Below, one piece after another: positions 25,017-35,500 of a DNA stretch of 64,000 bases; position 1 is the first letter of the stretch; each line of letters begins with the position of its first letter. The DNA is from Bacteroidota bacterium (GTDB lineage Bacteria > Bacteroidota > Bacteroidia > 2-12-FULL-35-15): assembly GCA_023251835.1 (NCBI GenBank), contig JAHEXZ010000015.1:25568-89567 (forward strand), given 5' to 3'. A program made the translations under genes and the position numbers. The notes beneath the pieces are model-generated. The model saw nothing but the letters and a program-made list of their open reading frames with translations, did no database searches and was not told the origin of the DNA.

Positions 25017-25464
25017 TGGGATTACAAATTATTTAATTTTTTATTTCAGTAATAAAAAGTGATACCCCTGAAATAACCCACTATTCCAGTATAGATAAGT
25101 GCAAAAATGAGCTATTTTTTATAGTTAGCGTACTATTTTTTAGAGATGTTATAAACAACCGAAAGTTAATAGTGGAGGTTATTAGAGGTGGTATATATAA
25201 TTTTATTATATATCTCCGTAGGCTGTTGAGCGAATTTCAGATTCCGTCCGCTCTTTGGCAATTACCTTATTGAATGCATCTGTGTCCGGTTCGAATAAAA
25301 CTCACGATAGTATTATAAATTATGCCTGTTAGCTCGTAGAGATAACAACTCAAACGAGGAATATAATACTCAGCTTTTATAGTAAAGTCAACGGGTATGA
25401 AGTTTGAAAAACCGGTGAAATAATATATACCTATTTTCTAAAACATTTAAAATTCAACTCAATT

Positions 25465-26022
25465 ATGAAAACAGCAAGTAAAACAACAGGAAAAGTAAAA
25501 AGCACATCAGAAGAACCCGGTATGGAAGAATCAAAATTGATGAAGCTATTCGAAGATGAACTAAAAGATATTTATTGGGCTGAGAAAGCGTTGGCAAAGG
25601 CATTTCCAAAATTTGTCAAAAATGCAACTTCGGATGAATTAGCAGATACCATTGAAAATCACCTCAATGAAACAGAAACGCATGTGCAAAAAGTGGAGCA
25701 GGTATTTGAGACGTTAGATAAGAAGGCGGTAGCTAAAAAATGTGAAGCTATGGTAGGATTGCTAAAAGAGGCTGAAGATATTATTAAAAGCTGTGATAAA
25801 GGAGCAATGTGTGATGCGGGAATTATCTCTGCAGTACAAAAGATAGAACATTATGAAATTGCTACTTATGGTACTCTTAGAACGTTTGCCCAGGAATTAA
25901 ATTTAACGGAAGCTGCTACTTTACTGGAAGAAATTCTAAATGAAGAAAAAAATGTTGATGAAAAACTAACTCAAATAGCTAAATCAACCATTAATGTTCA
26001 GGCGTTGGAAGAAGTAGAATAA
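25465..26022 (+). CDS. Ferritin-like DUF892 (YciE/YciF family) protein
   Basis: Contains LKDIYWAEKALAKAFPKFV...HLNETETHVQKVEQVFE and EHYEIATYGTL. Confidence 0.7.
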   Translation: MKTASKTTGKVKSTSEEPGMEESKLMKLFEDELKDIYWAEKALAKAFPKFVKNATSDELADTIENHLNETETHVQKVEQVFETLDKKAVAKKCEAMVGLLKEAEDIIKSCDKGAMCDAGIISAVQKIEHYEIATYGTLRTFAQELNLTEAATLLEEILNEEKNVDEKLTQIAKSTINVQALEEVE

Positions 26023-26029
26023 TTTATAA

Positions 26030-26055
26030 CTCGTCCCGATAGCTATCGGGACGAG
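26030..26055. terminator. Bidirectional hairpin (26-nt perfect palindrome) between convergent genes
   Basis: The sequence ctcgtcccgatagctatcgggacgag lies between the stops at 26022 (+) and 26060 (-). Confidence 0.6.
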
Positions 26056-26059
26056 TTGA

Positions 26060-26701
26060 TTATTTCTTTCTTACGATCACTAAACCATCCCTCACAGGTA
26101 ACAACATATGTTCTATACGATGATCAGAATGGATCTTTTTGTTAAAGGCATCTATTGCTTTGGCATCAGCATCCATTTTTTCAGGAACATTTAACACTTT
26201 ACCACTCCATAGCACATTATCTGCGATGATGTAACCGCCTTTACGTACTTTATCAAATACCAGGTCATAATATGCAGAATAGTTTTTTTTATCGGCATCA
26301 ATAAAAACCAGATCAAATGTTATTTCTATAGTTGGAATAATGGTAAGAGCATTACCTATATAATAATTGATATTATTAGTTAATCCGGCCTCGTTAAAAA
26401 AGGTACGTACCTTATCTTCCAACTCCTCATTTATATCGATGGTGTAAAGTTTACCATTTTCTTTTAATCCATGAGCAAGGCAAATAGCGGAATACCCTGT
26501 GAATGTTCCTATTTCCAGTATTTGTTCCGGTTGAATCATAGTGCTTAGCATGCTCAATAAATTACCCTGCATGTGTCCGGAAAGCATACGAGGCATCAAT
26601 ACATTGGCATATGTATCCCTGTTAATTTTTTTTAAAATAGCTGATTCCGGTTGTGAATGTGCCAATGCATACGTTTCGATTTGTTCATCTATAAATTCCA
26701 T
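26060..26701 (-). CDS. Class I SAM-dependent O-methyltransferase (family 3, caffeoyl-CoA OMT-like)
   Basis: Contains ILEIGTFTGYSA, IDADKKNY and ADNVLWSG. Confidence 0.75.
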   Translation of the reverse strand: MEFIDEQIETYALAHSQPESAILKKINRDTYANVLMPRMLSGHMQGNLLSMLSTMIQPEQILEIGTFTGYSAICLAHGLKENGKLYTIDINEELEDKVRTFFNEAGLTNNINYYIGNALTIIPTIEITFDLVFIDADKKNYSAYYDLVFDKVRKGGYIIADNVLWSGKVLNVPEKMDADAKAIDAFNKKIHSDHRIEHMLLPVRDGLVIVRKK

Positions 26702-26861
26702 TTTATTGTTTTTTATTGATACGAAAGTACATATTTATATAATTGTTAATAAAATCATAATGAACGAATCTATCTGTAATATATCCAATAATTTCACGAT
26801 ATTTACATTCCCAAATTCAAAAAAGAGCAATTTCTCTAAACTTAATATTGATACATAAATA

Positions 26862-28538
26862 ATGTCAGAAGGAAGACAAATTATTTTTTCTATGGTAAAC
26901 GTAAGCCGTACGTTGCCAACAGGTAAAACCATTTTAAAAGATATTTATTTATCATTTTACTACGGTGCTAAAATTGGAATTTTAGGTTTAAATGGTTCTG
27001 GTAAATCTACATTGCTAAAAATTATAGCCGGAGTTGAAAAAAATTATCAGGGAGAAATACACTTTTCTCCCGGATATAAAATTGGTATGCTTGAACAGGA
27101 GCCGCATTTAGACAACTCAAAAACGGTTATTGAAGTAGTTCGCGAAGGTGCTCAGGAACATATCAACATTTTGAAAGAATATGAAGATGTGAATAATAAA
27201 TTTGCTGAGGAAATGACGCCTGAAGAAATGGATAAACTTATCAACCGGCAGGCAAAATTACAAGATCAAATTGATCAGCTTGATTTGTGGAACTTAGATA
27301 ATCGTTTGGAGCAGGCAATGGAAGCATTGAGATGTCCTGAAAGTAATACTCCCGTGGAACAGCTGTCAGGTGGTGAACGCAGAAGGGTTGCTTTGTGTCG
27401 TTTACTGATACAGGAGCCTGAAATTTTATTATTGGATGAGCCTACCAACCATTTGGATGCGGAGTCGGTTGATTGGTTGGAACAGCATTTACAAAATTAT
27501 AAAGGAACTGTTATTGCAGTTACACACGACCGTTATTTTCTTGATAATGTTGCCGGATGGATACTTGAACTCGACCGTGGGGAAGGCATTCCATGGAAAG
27601 GCAACTACTCTGAATGGCTGGAACAAAAACAAAAGCGTTTGGCCCAGGAAGAGAAAACAGAGAGCAAACGCCAGAAAACATTATTACGGGAATTAGAGTG
27701 GGTACGTCAGGGAGCTAAAGGTCGTCAGGCGAAGTCAAAAGCCCGTTTGGCAAATTATGAAAAAATGTTGGGTACTGATGTAAAAGCAGTAGAAGAAAAA
27801 CTGGAATTATTTATCCCTAACGGCCCGCGTTTGGGTAATGAAGTGATTGAAGCTATTGATGTTTCAAAAGCATTTGGCGATAAGCTTTTATATGAACATC
27901 TTAATTTTAAATTGCCACCTGCAGGAATAGTTGGCATTATTGGACCAAATGGTGCTGGTAAAACTACTTTGTTCCGAATGATTATGGGACAGGAGAAACC
28001 GGATACAGGGGAATTTAAAGTAGGTTCTACTGTTAAAATTGCTTATGTAGATCAGTCGCACACGGAGATTGATCCTAACAAAACGGTATATGATGTATTG
28101 ACCGGTGGGCATGACAATATTGTTATTGGCGGGCAAACATTTAACTCCCGTGCGTATGTTTCCAAATTTAATTTCAACGGTTCCGATCAGGGAAAAAAAT
28201 GCGGAGTGTTATCAGGCGGTGAACGCAATCGTTTGCACTTAGCCATGACATTAAAGAAAGAAGCCAACGTTTTGTTATTAGACGAGCCAACCAATGATTT
28301 GGATGTAAATACACTTCGGGCATTGGAAGAAGGTTTGGAGAATTATGCCGGCTGTGCAGTTATTATTTCCCATGACCGTTGGTTCTTAGACAGGGTATGT
28401 ACTCATATACTTGCTTTTGAAGGCAATTCGCAGGTATACTATTTTGAAGGCGGCTATTCCGATTATGAAGAAAATAAGAAAAAACGCCTTGGAAATGTAG
28501 AACCTAAGCGTGTTCGATATAAGAAACTAGTGATATAG
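26862..28538 (+). CDS. ettA: ABC-F translational throttle protein EttA
   Basis: 558 aa with two ABC cassettes: GLNGSGKST/LSGGERRR/LLLDEPTNHLD and GPNGAGKTT/LSGGERNR/LLLDEPTNDLD. The N-terminus is EttA-like. Confidence 0.9.
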   Translation: MSEGRQIIFSMVNVSRTLPTGKTILKDIYLSFYYGAKIGILGLNGSGKSTLLKIIAGVEKNYQGEIHFSPGYKIGMLEQEPHLDNSKTVIEVVREGAQEHINILKEYEDVNNKFAEEMTPEEMDKLINRQAKLQDQIDQLDLWNLDNRLEQAMEALRCPESNTPVEQLSGGERRRVALCRLLIQEPEILLLDEPTNHLDAESVDWLEQHLQNYKGTVIAVTHDRYFLDNVAGWILELDRGEGIPWKGNYSEWLEQKQKRLAQEEKTESKRQKTLLRELEWVRQGAKGRQAKSKARLANYEKMLGTDVKAVEEKLELFIPNGPRLGNEVIEAIDVSKAFGDKLLYEHLNFKLPPAGIVGIIGPNGAGKTTLFRMIMGQEKPDTGEFKVGSTVKIAYVDQSHTEIDPNKTVYDVLTGGHDNIVIGGQTFNSRAYVSKFNFNGSDQGKKCGVLSGGERNRLHLAMTLKKEANVLLLDEPTNDLDVNTLRALEEGLENYAGCAVIISHDRWFLDRVCTHILAFEGNSQVYYFEGGYSDYEENKKKRLGNVEPKRVRYKKLVI

Positions 28539-28559
28539 AAGAAAGCTATAATGAAAAGG

Positions 28560-28598
28560 AAACCCGGATGGTTTGTTAGCCATCCGGGTTTCTTTTTT
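28560..28598 (+). terminator. Rho-independent terminator of ettA
   Basis: A 12-bp stem aaacccggatgg/ccatccgggttt with an 8-nt loop, followed by cttttttat. Confidence 0.8.
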
Positions 28599-28626
28599 AT
28601 CTTGTTTTAATCAATCTGACAATTAT

Positions 28627-29118
28627 TCAAGGTTTACTCTTTTTCCTCGTAGCTATAAAAATAATCAAGGCAATAACCAGCACTATTGGTGTGATTATAT
28701 ACCATAATGATATGGGGGTAATAGGATGTATGTAGCTAAATTCTTCGGTGTATATTGTTATTGCCTTCTCGGCAGTAGAAAATCGTTTCTTTATATTACA
28801 CTCGCCATTGACAAAGGATAGCATAGTGTCTTCGCCATTAATAATAAAATTGATTTTATTGTTATTAAATAAAAGCCGTGTATGCTCCGGATTTTTGAAT
28901 TTTAATTTAATATCCGTATCTGTGAAGGTAAAAATAACGGAGGGAACGGTAACTTCAATATCTTTGCTGTTTATCCGGGCAATGATAACCGAATTATCGG
29001 TATTGTCATTATTTTCAATTGTACTATGCTCTAATCCAGCGTATGCATTTATATATAGTAGATTTAATACTGAATATAAAATTAAAAGGTGTGCTTTTCT
29101 CATTAGTAAATATTTCAT
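28627..29118 (-). CDS. Hypothetical protein with signal sequence and C-terminal TM anchor
   Basis: 163 aa. The N-terminal leader is hydrophobic, and the C-terminal helix reads LWYIITPIVLVIALIIFIA. No motif was recognised. Confidence 0.45.
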   Translation of the reverse strand: MKYLLMRKAHLLILYSVLNLLYINAYAGLEHSTIENNDNTDNSVIIARINSKDIEVTVPSVIFTFTDTDIKLKFKNPEHTRLLFNNNKINFIINGEDTMLSFVNGECNIKKRFSTAEKAITIYTEEFSYIHPITPISLWYIITPIVLVIALIIFIATRKKSKP

Positions 29119-29405
29119 AAAACAAATATAACTGTTTTTGAGATGTCTGGGGGCTTTCTTACAAAGAAAGAAAATTAATTGAACAGCCTCTATAAGTGTT
29201 CATATTATTTACAGTTTAAATTTCTGTAAATAGAAACGCCTGTTTTCCAAACATGAATTGAAAACAGGCATTTTATTATTAATTATTAGAGAATACGTTT
29301 TAGCTATAGATAAGCTTATAGTCGAGCCATATTAAGGGGTATGGTTTATATTTTTTAAGATAAATATTACGGTGCGATGCACCTTAAAAAAAACTTACTC
29401 ACTAA

Positions 29406-29493
29406 TACTACTACAAATATTTCGCGGCTCTGCCGCTCTTTAAAGCTGCAAAAATAGTTGTGGCGGCAGAGCCGCGAAATATTTGTAGTAGTA
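29406..29493. repeat. 31-bp perfect inverted repeat with 26-nt spacer
   Basis: The arms are tactactacaaatatttcgcggctctgccgc (29406-29436) and gcggcagagccgcgaaatatttgtagtagta (29463-29493). Each arm contains its own small gcggc/gccgc palindrome. Confidence 0.85.
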
Positions 29494-29632
29494 GATAAAA
29501 AATAAAAAAATATTCAGGTGCGGAACACTGGCATATCCGTTGTGTTAATGCAGTCTCTTACAGAATAATAGAATGAAAATTATGTTTTTTTACAAATTTT
29601 ATTCGATATAAACTCTATTATTTAACTGTTTT

Positions 29633-32269
29633 TTATTTTGCACGTTCCATTTTAGGAGATTTTTTATCGCTTTCAATCGGATTCCGGAAAACAAATTCTT
29701 TATTGAATAGGTCCAATACAATCTGTGTTTCCTTTTGTACTTTACCGGCTAACATTTGTTTTGAAAGCTCATTCAATACACGTTTTTGCATAACCCTTTT
29801 TACCGGACGGGCACCAAACTGAGGGTCAAAACCGAGTTGTGACAACCAGTCAATAGCTTCAGATGTTGCTGTAAGATAAACAGCATTTTCTTCCAGCATT
29901 TTGGCAATGTTATTAAACTGCATTTCAACAATGCGATGAACATCTTCTCTGTTAAGAGGTGTAAACATAATAGTTTCGTCTATCCGGTTTAAAAACTCCG
30001 GACGTATATTCTTTTTCAATAATTCAAACACTTCTATTTTTGTTTTAGCTATTATCTCATCCTTATTTTTCTCAGTCATACCTTCAAAATTTTCTTGAAT
30101 CAGATGAGAACCCATGTTGGATGTCATAATGATAATTGTATTCTTGAAGTTCACTACGCGTCCTTTATTGTCAGTTAAACGTCCGTCATCCAAAACTTGC
30201 AGAAGTATGTTGAAAACATCCGGATGTGCTTTTTCAATTTCATCCAATAATATAACGCTATACGGCTTTCTGCGAACGGCTTCGGTTAATTGACCGCCTT
30301 CATCATATCCAACATAGCCGGGAGGTGCGCCTACCAAACGACTCACAGAATGTCTTTCCTGGTATTCGCTCATATCAATACGCGTCATACTGTTTTCATT
30401 ATTGAATAAAAATTCGGCTAAAGCCTTTGCCAGCTCTGTTTTTCCAACACCGGTTGTTCCCAGAAATATAAATGAACCTATTGGGCGCTTTGTATCCTGT
30501 AAACCGGCTCTGCTTCTGCGTATGGCATCACTGATAGCTTCAATAGCTTCATCCTGTCCAACAACCCGCTTATGCAATTCATCTTCGAGATGTAATAATT
30601 TTTCCCGTTCACTTTGTAACATACGGGCAACAGGAATTCCTGTCCAACTGGAAATAACACTTGCAATATCTTCATTGTCTACTTCTTCTTTGATAAGCTG
30701 AGAGCCGTTTTGCTGCATCTCGGCCAGTTTGCTCTCGTATGACTTTAATTGCATTTCTGCTTCTTTAACCCGTCCATAACGAATTTCTGCTACTTTTCCA
30801 TAATCACCGCTGCGTTCAGCCTGTTCTGCTTCAAATTTCAGGTTTTCAATTTGTTCTTTTACTTTTTGAATTCCTTCCACTACTTCTTTCTCACTTTGCC
30901 ATTTTGCTCTTAAATCACTACGCTGGTCAGCTAATTCAGCAATTTCTTTATTCAGGTCTTCTAATTTTTTCTGGTCGTTTTCACGTTTTATGGCTTCACG
31001 TTCAATTTCTAACTGACGGATTTTTCTTTCCAGTACATCCAGCTCAATAGGCATTGAATTGATTTGCATACGTAGTTTTGAAGCCGCTTCATCCATCAGG
31101 TCAATTGCCTTATCCGGTAAAAAGCGGTCATTGATATAACGTTGTGATAGCTCTACCGCTGAAATGATAGCTTCATCTTTAATACGTACTTTATGGTGAG
31201 TTTCGTATTTCTCTTTTATACCACGCAAAATAGAAATAGCATCTTCTGAACTTGGCTCATCTACCATTACTTTCTGAAAGCGTCTTTCCAATGCTTTGTC
31301 TTTCTCAAAATATTTCTGGAACTCGTTAAGTGTGGTAGCACCTATTGCACGTAACTCACCACGAGCCAATGCTGGTTTAAGTATATTGGCAGCGTCCATG
31401 GCTCCCTCGCCACCACCAGCTCCCACAAGCGTATGAATTTCATCAATAAACAAAATGATTTCACCTTCTGCAGCAATTACTTCTTTTACAACAGATTTTA
31501 AACGTTCTTCAAATTCTCCTTTGTATTTAGCGCCTGCAATTAAAGCACCCATATCTAAAGAATAAATTTGTTTTGTTTTAAGGTTCTCCGGTACATCCCC
31601 GTTGAGAATACGGTGTGCTAAGCCCTCTGCAATAGCTGTTTTACCAACACCTGGTTCGCCCACTAAAATGGGATTGTTTTTGGTTCTGCGGGATAATATT
31701 TGTAACACCCTGCGTATCTCTTCGTCACGGCCAATAACAGGGTCCAACTTTCCTTTTTTGGCCTGTTCATTCAGGTTAATCGCATATTTATTAAGCGAAT
31801 TATAAGTGTCTTCTGCCGTTTGGCTGGTTACTTTTGCTCCTTTGCGGAGTTCATTAATGGCTGCTTTTAAATCTTTTTCTGTAACACCATTATCTTTCAA
31901 CAATTGTGAAATGGTATCTTTTGCCGAATGTATACCTAACAACAAATGTTCGATAGAAACAAACTCATCACCAAATTCTTTGAGATATGTAGAAGCCTTT
32001 GCTATTGCTTGATTTGCACTATTTGACAAATAGGGCTGGCCACCCGAAACTTTAGGATAACTTTCTGTAATTTTATTCAATGCTGCTGTAAACATCTGGG
32101 TATTTACATTCAGCTTTTTCAGGATAAAAGGCGTTACATTTTCATCTATTTCAAGTATACCTTTTAGAATATGACCGTTTTCGATAGCCTGCTGACCATT
32201 GACTGTTGCAATTTGAACAGCTTGCTGAACGGCTTCCTGTGATTTAATTGTAAAATTATTCAGATTCAT
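29633..32269 (-). CDS. clpB: ATP-dependent chaperone ClpB
   Basis: 878 aa with two AAA+ modules (GEPGVGKTA and GTTGVGKTE), a long middle coiled coil and a Clp N-domain. Confidence 0.95.
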   Translation of the reverse strand: MNLNNFTIKSQEAVQQAVQIATVNGQQAIENGHILKGILEIDENVTPFILKKLNVNTQMFTAALNKITESYPKVSGGQPYLSNSANQAIAKASTYLKEFGDEFVSIEHLLLGIHSAKDTISQLLKDNGVTEKDLKAAINELRKGAKVTSQTAEDTYNSLNKYAINLNEQAKKGKLDPVIGRDEEIRRVLQILSRRTKNNPILVGEPGVGKTAIAEGLAHRILNGDVPENLKTKQIYSLDMGALIAGAKYKGEFEERLKSVVKEVIAAEGEIILFIDEIHTLVGAGGGEGAMDAANILKPALARGELRAIGATTLNEFQKYFEKDKALERRFQKVMVDEPSSEDAISILRGIKEKYETHHKVRIKDEAIISAVELSQRYINDRFLPDKAIDLMDEAASKLRMQINSMPIELDVLERKIRQLEIEREAIKRENDQKKLEDLNKEIAELADQRSDLRAKWQSEKEVVEGIQKVKEQIENLKFEAEQAERSGDYGKVAEIRYGRVKEAEMQLKSYESKLAEMQQNGSQLIKEEVDNEDIASVISSWTGIPVARMLQSEREKLLHLEDELHKRVVGQDEAIEAISDAIRRSRAGLQDTKRPIGSFIFLGTTGVGKTELAKALAEFLFNNENSMTRIDMSEYQERHSVSRLVGAPPGYVGYDEGGQLTEAVRRKPYSVILLDEIEKAHPDVFNILLQVLDDGRLTDNKGRVVNFKNTIIIMTSNMGSHLIQENFEGMTEKNKDEIIAKTKIEVFELLKKNIRPEFLNRIDETIMFTPLNREDVHRIVEMQFNNIAKMLEENAVYLTATSEAIDWLSQLGFDPQFGARPVKRVMQKRVLNELSKQMLAGKVQKETQIVLDLFNKEFVFRNPIESDKKSPKMERAK

Positions 32270-32491
32270 GATTTATAATTTTTACGGGATTTGGGGTATA
32301 TACAAATCGCCAATTTCACTACGAATTACAAAATATATTCCAGTGGAAAAAATGATCTCAAATAGGGCTGTAAATGATTTTAATCAGGACGAAATGACGG
32401 TAATAATTGATTTTGAATGACTTTTTGACTTTAGTTAGTGATATAATTATGGCTAACTGGCAGCGATAATCCTTTAAGAATTTAATAAATT

Positions 32492-32528
32492 AAAAAGGGT
32501 TCAATTCCTTAAAAATTGAACCCTTTTT
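32492..32528 (-). terminator. 15-bp perfect hairpin terminator after the 1140-aa gene
   Basis: The arms are aaaaagggttcaatt / aattgaacccttttt with a 7-nt loop. A/T runs flank both sides. Confidence 0.75.
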
Positions 32529-32544
32529 TAATAACAGAGGTATG

Positions 32545-35500
32545 TTATTCGATTACTAATTTAGTAGTAATCACTTCAGTTCCCAAATTTACTTTCACAT
32601 AATAAATACCTTTTGCCAAATACTCAAGGTTGATTTGTTTATTGTATTCGGTTGTAATGTTGTCTGATATCTTAAGAATTTCTTTCCCTAATATATTTAC
32701 TACATAAATACTCATCTTATTGGTAGTTGCGTTTTTGATAGCTATTGTAAATCCTGAATTGTTGGTTGGGTTAGGATAAACCAATACTTCAGGCATATTA
32801 ATTTTTTCGATACCGGTACAGGTTTCAACAGTTACTACTTGTGATAAGGTATCACTGCAGCCAGTTGCAGTAATAGTTCCTGTTACAAGATAGCTTGCCG
32901 TGGTTGAGGGAGTTATAGTGTATGTTGCTGTTGATGGACCGTTTGTCCAGACAAAGGTATCGGCACCGCTTGCAGTAAGAGTTGTGGAACCTCCGCTGCA
33001 AATAGTTGTAAGGCCATTGATTGTGAGAGCAGGCAATGGATTTACAGTTACAACAGCCGGTGCAGAAGTGCCTATTAAACCTGCTGAATCTACGGTAACG
33101 GTATAAGCTCCGGAGGAGTCAATAGTAACGGATTGTGTTGTAGCCCCGTTTGACCATAAATAGGTATCACCTAAACTTGAAGTGAGTGTTACTGTATCGC
33201 CTTCACAGAAAGTTAAAGCGTTATTATTTGTTATAGTGGGTGTTAAACCATTTTGTGCCTGTATACATGCAGAAAACTCCGAAGTATTGCCCGATGCATC
33301 GGTAGCAAGAGCTGTGATGTAGTTGCCTGCCGGAACTGCACTACTAAATTGTGTATTAATGGAAGCGTTGCCGGAATTATCCGTTGTAAGGGTTGTTGTT
33401 CCTAAAAGTTGTTTACCTTCTCCGTTTCCCGAGCCATCGCAGGCTATATTAGAAAAATATTGAATGGTGTAAGTGGAATTAGAAGCCGAGTTAAAAGTTC
33501 CTGTAAGAGAAATGGATGAGCTGTTTGAGTATGCTCCCGTTAATACAGGATAATTCTGGTTTCCATTAGGGCCGGTATCTCCGTCTCCGCTGTCATTTAT
33601 GTCTGGTGAATAATCTGCTGACAAATCAATTGCCATTTCTGTATTGTTATAGAATAAGTTAGAAAGCATTGAATTACCATTTCCTGCATTGGAATATAGT
33701 GCAATGCCAAAAACATTATTTGCAATAATATTACCATCTGCTGGGTTTATACCTCCTATTGTGTTGTTAGTACTTCCATTTAACAGCATAATTCCTGCAC
33801 TGAATGTTGAAGGATCGCCATTTCCCATACTTGCAGTTTGAGTTGAATCAGTACCAATGTAATTGGATTGAATGCTTGTACTATAAGCATGGTCTATCCA
33901 TATTCCTGCTTCATCATAAGAATTGTTTGCAATAACATTATTTATTATTGCATTGTCATAGGTGCTGTCACTTAGTAATATTCCGGCATTGGAATTACCT
34001 AATTGGGAAATGCCATCATTGGCAACACCAATATAGTTACCTGTAACAGCATTATCATGGCTATGGGCTCCTGAAATCATAACTCCTCTGTTGCCACCAG
34101 AGATGAGGTTTCTTTCAGTTACAAGGGTGCCTCCTATTGTATTATAAGCAGACGAGTCTGCAATCTGAATTCCATGGGCAGTGGTTCCGCTGCTAATACT
34201 GCCGGAAGCCGCTGTACCAATATAATTACCAATTATTTGATTGCTGTTGGATTTTGTTAAGATAATTCCTCCACCAATTAGATTCCTGGCAGCATTGGTG
34301 CTGCCTCCGATTATATTATTGTTTTGGTTATTAATATTAAGCGCAGAGCCTCCTGGTGTGGTACCATCTGCTTCCATTCCAATAAAACAACCTGTTACAG
34401 TATTATTATCACTGCTTTTTGAATATCCTTCTTCATATAAGAAATCAATAGCACCATTGATAAAGGAAAGCCCTCTTATCATATTATTACCGCAGTGAAA
34501 AGAAATTGCTGCTCCTCCATGAGTTGCATCAACTGCTATTGTGATGGAGGTGTTTAATCCCTGGTCAAAATTATTGGTGTTTGCGCTGGCACCCGTTTGT
34601 GTATACCCATTAATATCTACCGGAAAAAAAACATCGGGATAAATAGCGGAAGGACTTATTGTTTTAACACCTGTTCCGGAAATATTAAATGTGATTGGCA
34701 AAGCAAGTGTATCATAACCATCATAAGGCGGACGCGCATTTGCTTCCTGCAGTGCAGCTCTTAAAGTACATACATTTCCTGTTGTTAGACATATTCCGTC
34801 ACCAGGGGTTTTATCATCGGTATCTAAAGTTGAATTTACTACCAATGATGTAACAATTTCTTTGTTAAATGTTACAGGTACCCTGATTAAATCGCGGTCA
34901 TACGTTCCTGAATTCCATTTGGTATAATACAAATAACAGTTTTGTCCTGCCTGTTCGAAATTTCGTGAAGTATCAGCATGGTCAATAATAGAAGGATAGT
35001 TGGAGCCTCCTGCTGCCCAGGTAGAAGCCGTTTGAAGGATTAATCTTTTGGATGACCAGTTAATCAGGTCATCCGAAAGTGCGTAGTAAAAACCATATTT
35101 TAATGTTCCGTCTACTTCACCAATAGTGTAATCAACCACCATATATTTACCAAAATAAGTATTATAGGTAAGGCTGGCGCACATTTTCCCGATATTGTCA
35201 CGTGAAACAGGTGCAAGTATAATATCAGCAGGGTTATATCCTGATTGTGTATATGGATTAACAAATTGAACATTAAAGCCACTGCCATCCCAGCCTCCCC
35301 AGCTGGTTGGATCGCTCAGATCATTGGTACGTATAATGCCTGCTCCCCAGTCTTGTAACAGATGACTTTCTAATTGCACCATTTTATAATAATAACCATC
35401 TTTAAAAATAATGTTGGAGCCGCCAAAAATCCCAAAAGGAGTATGTGTAGTTGGGTAGGGTGATTGATAAGGCGAAGCTGCTACCAGGTGGCTTGGTGCT

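Noticed and set aside
25288-25296. GGTTCGAAT (a tRNA T-loop-like sequence) in the 448-bp gap upstream of the DUF892 gene, considered as a tRNA or tRNA-derived att remnant.
   Set aside because: The flanking bases do not form a T-stem (tccgg is followed by aaaac). No acceptor or anticodon arms can be drawn, so the match is isolated and probably due to chance.
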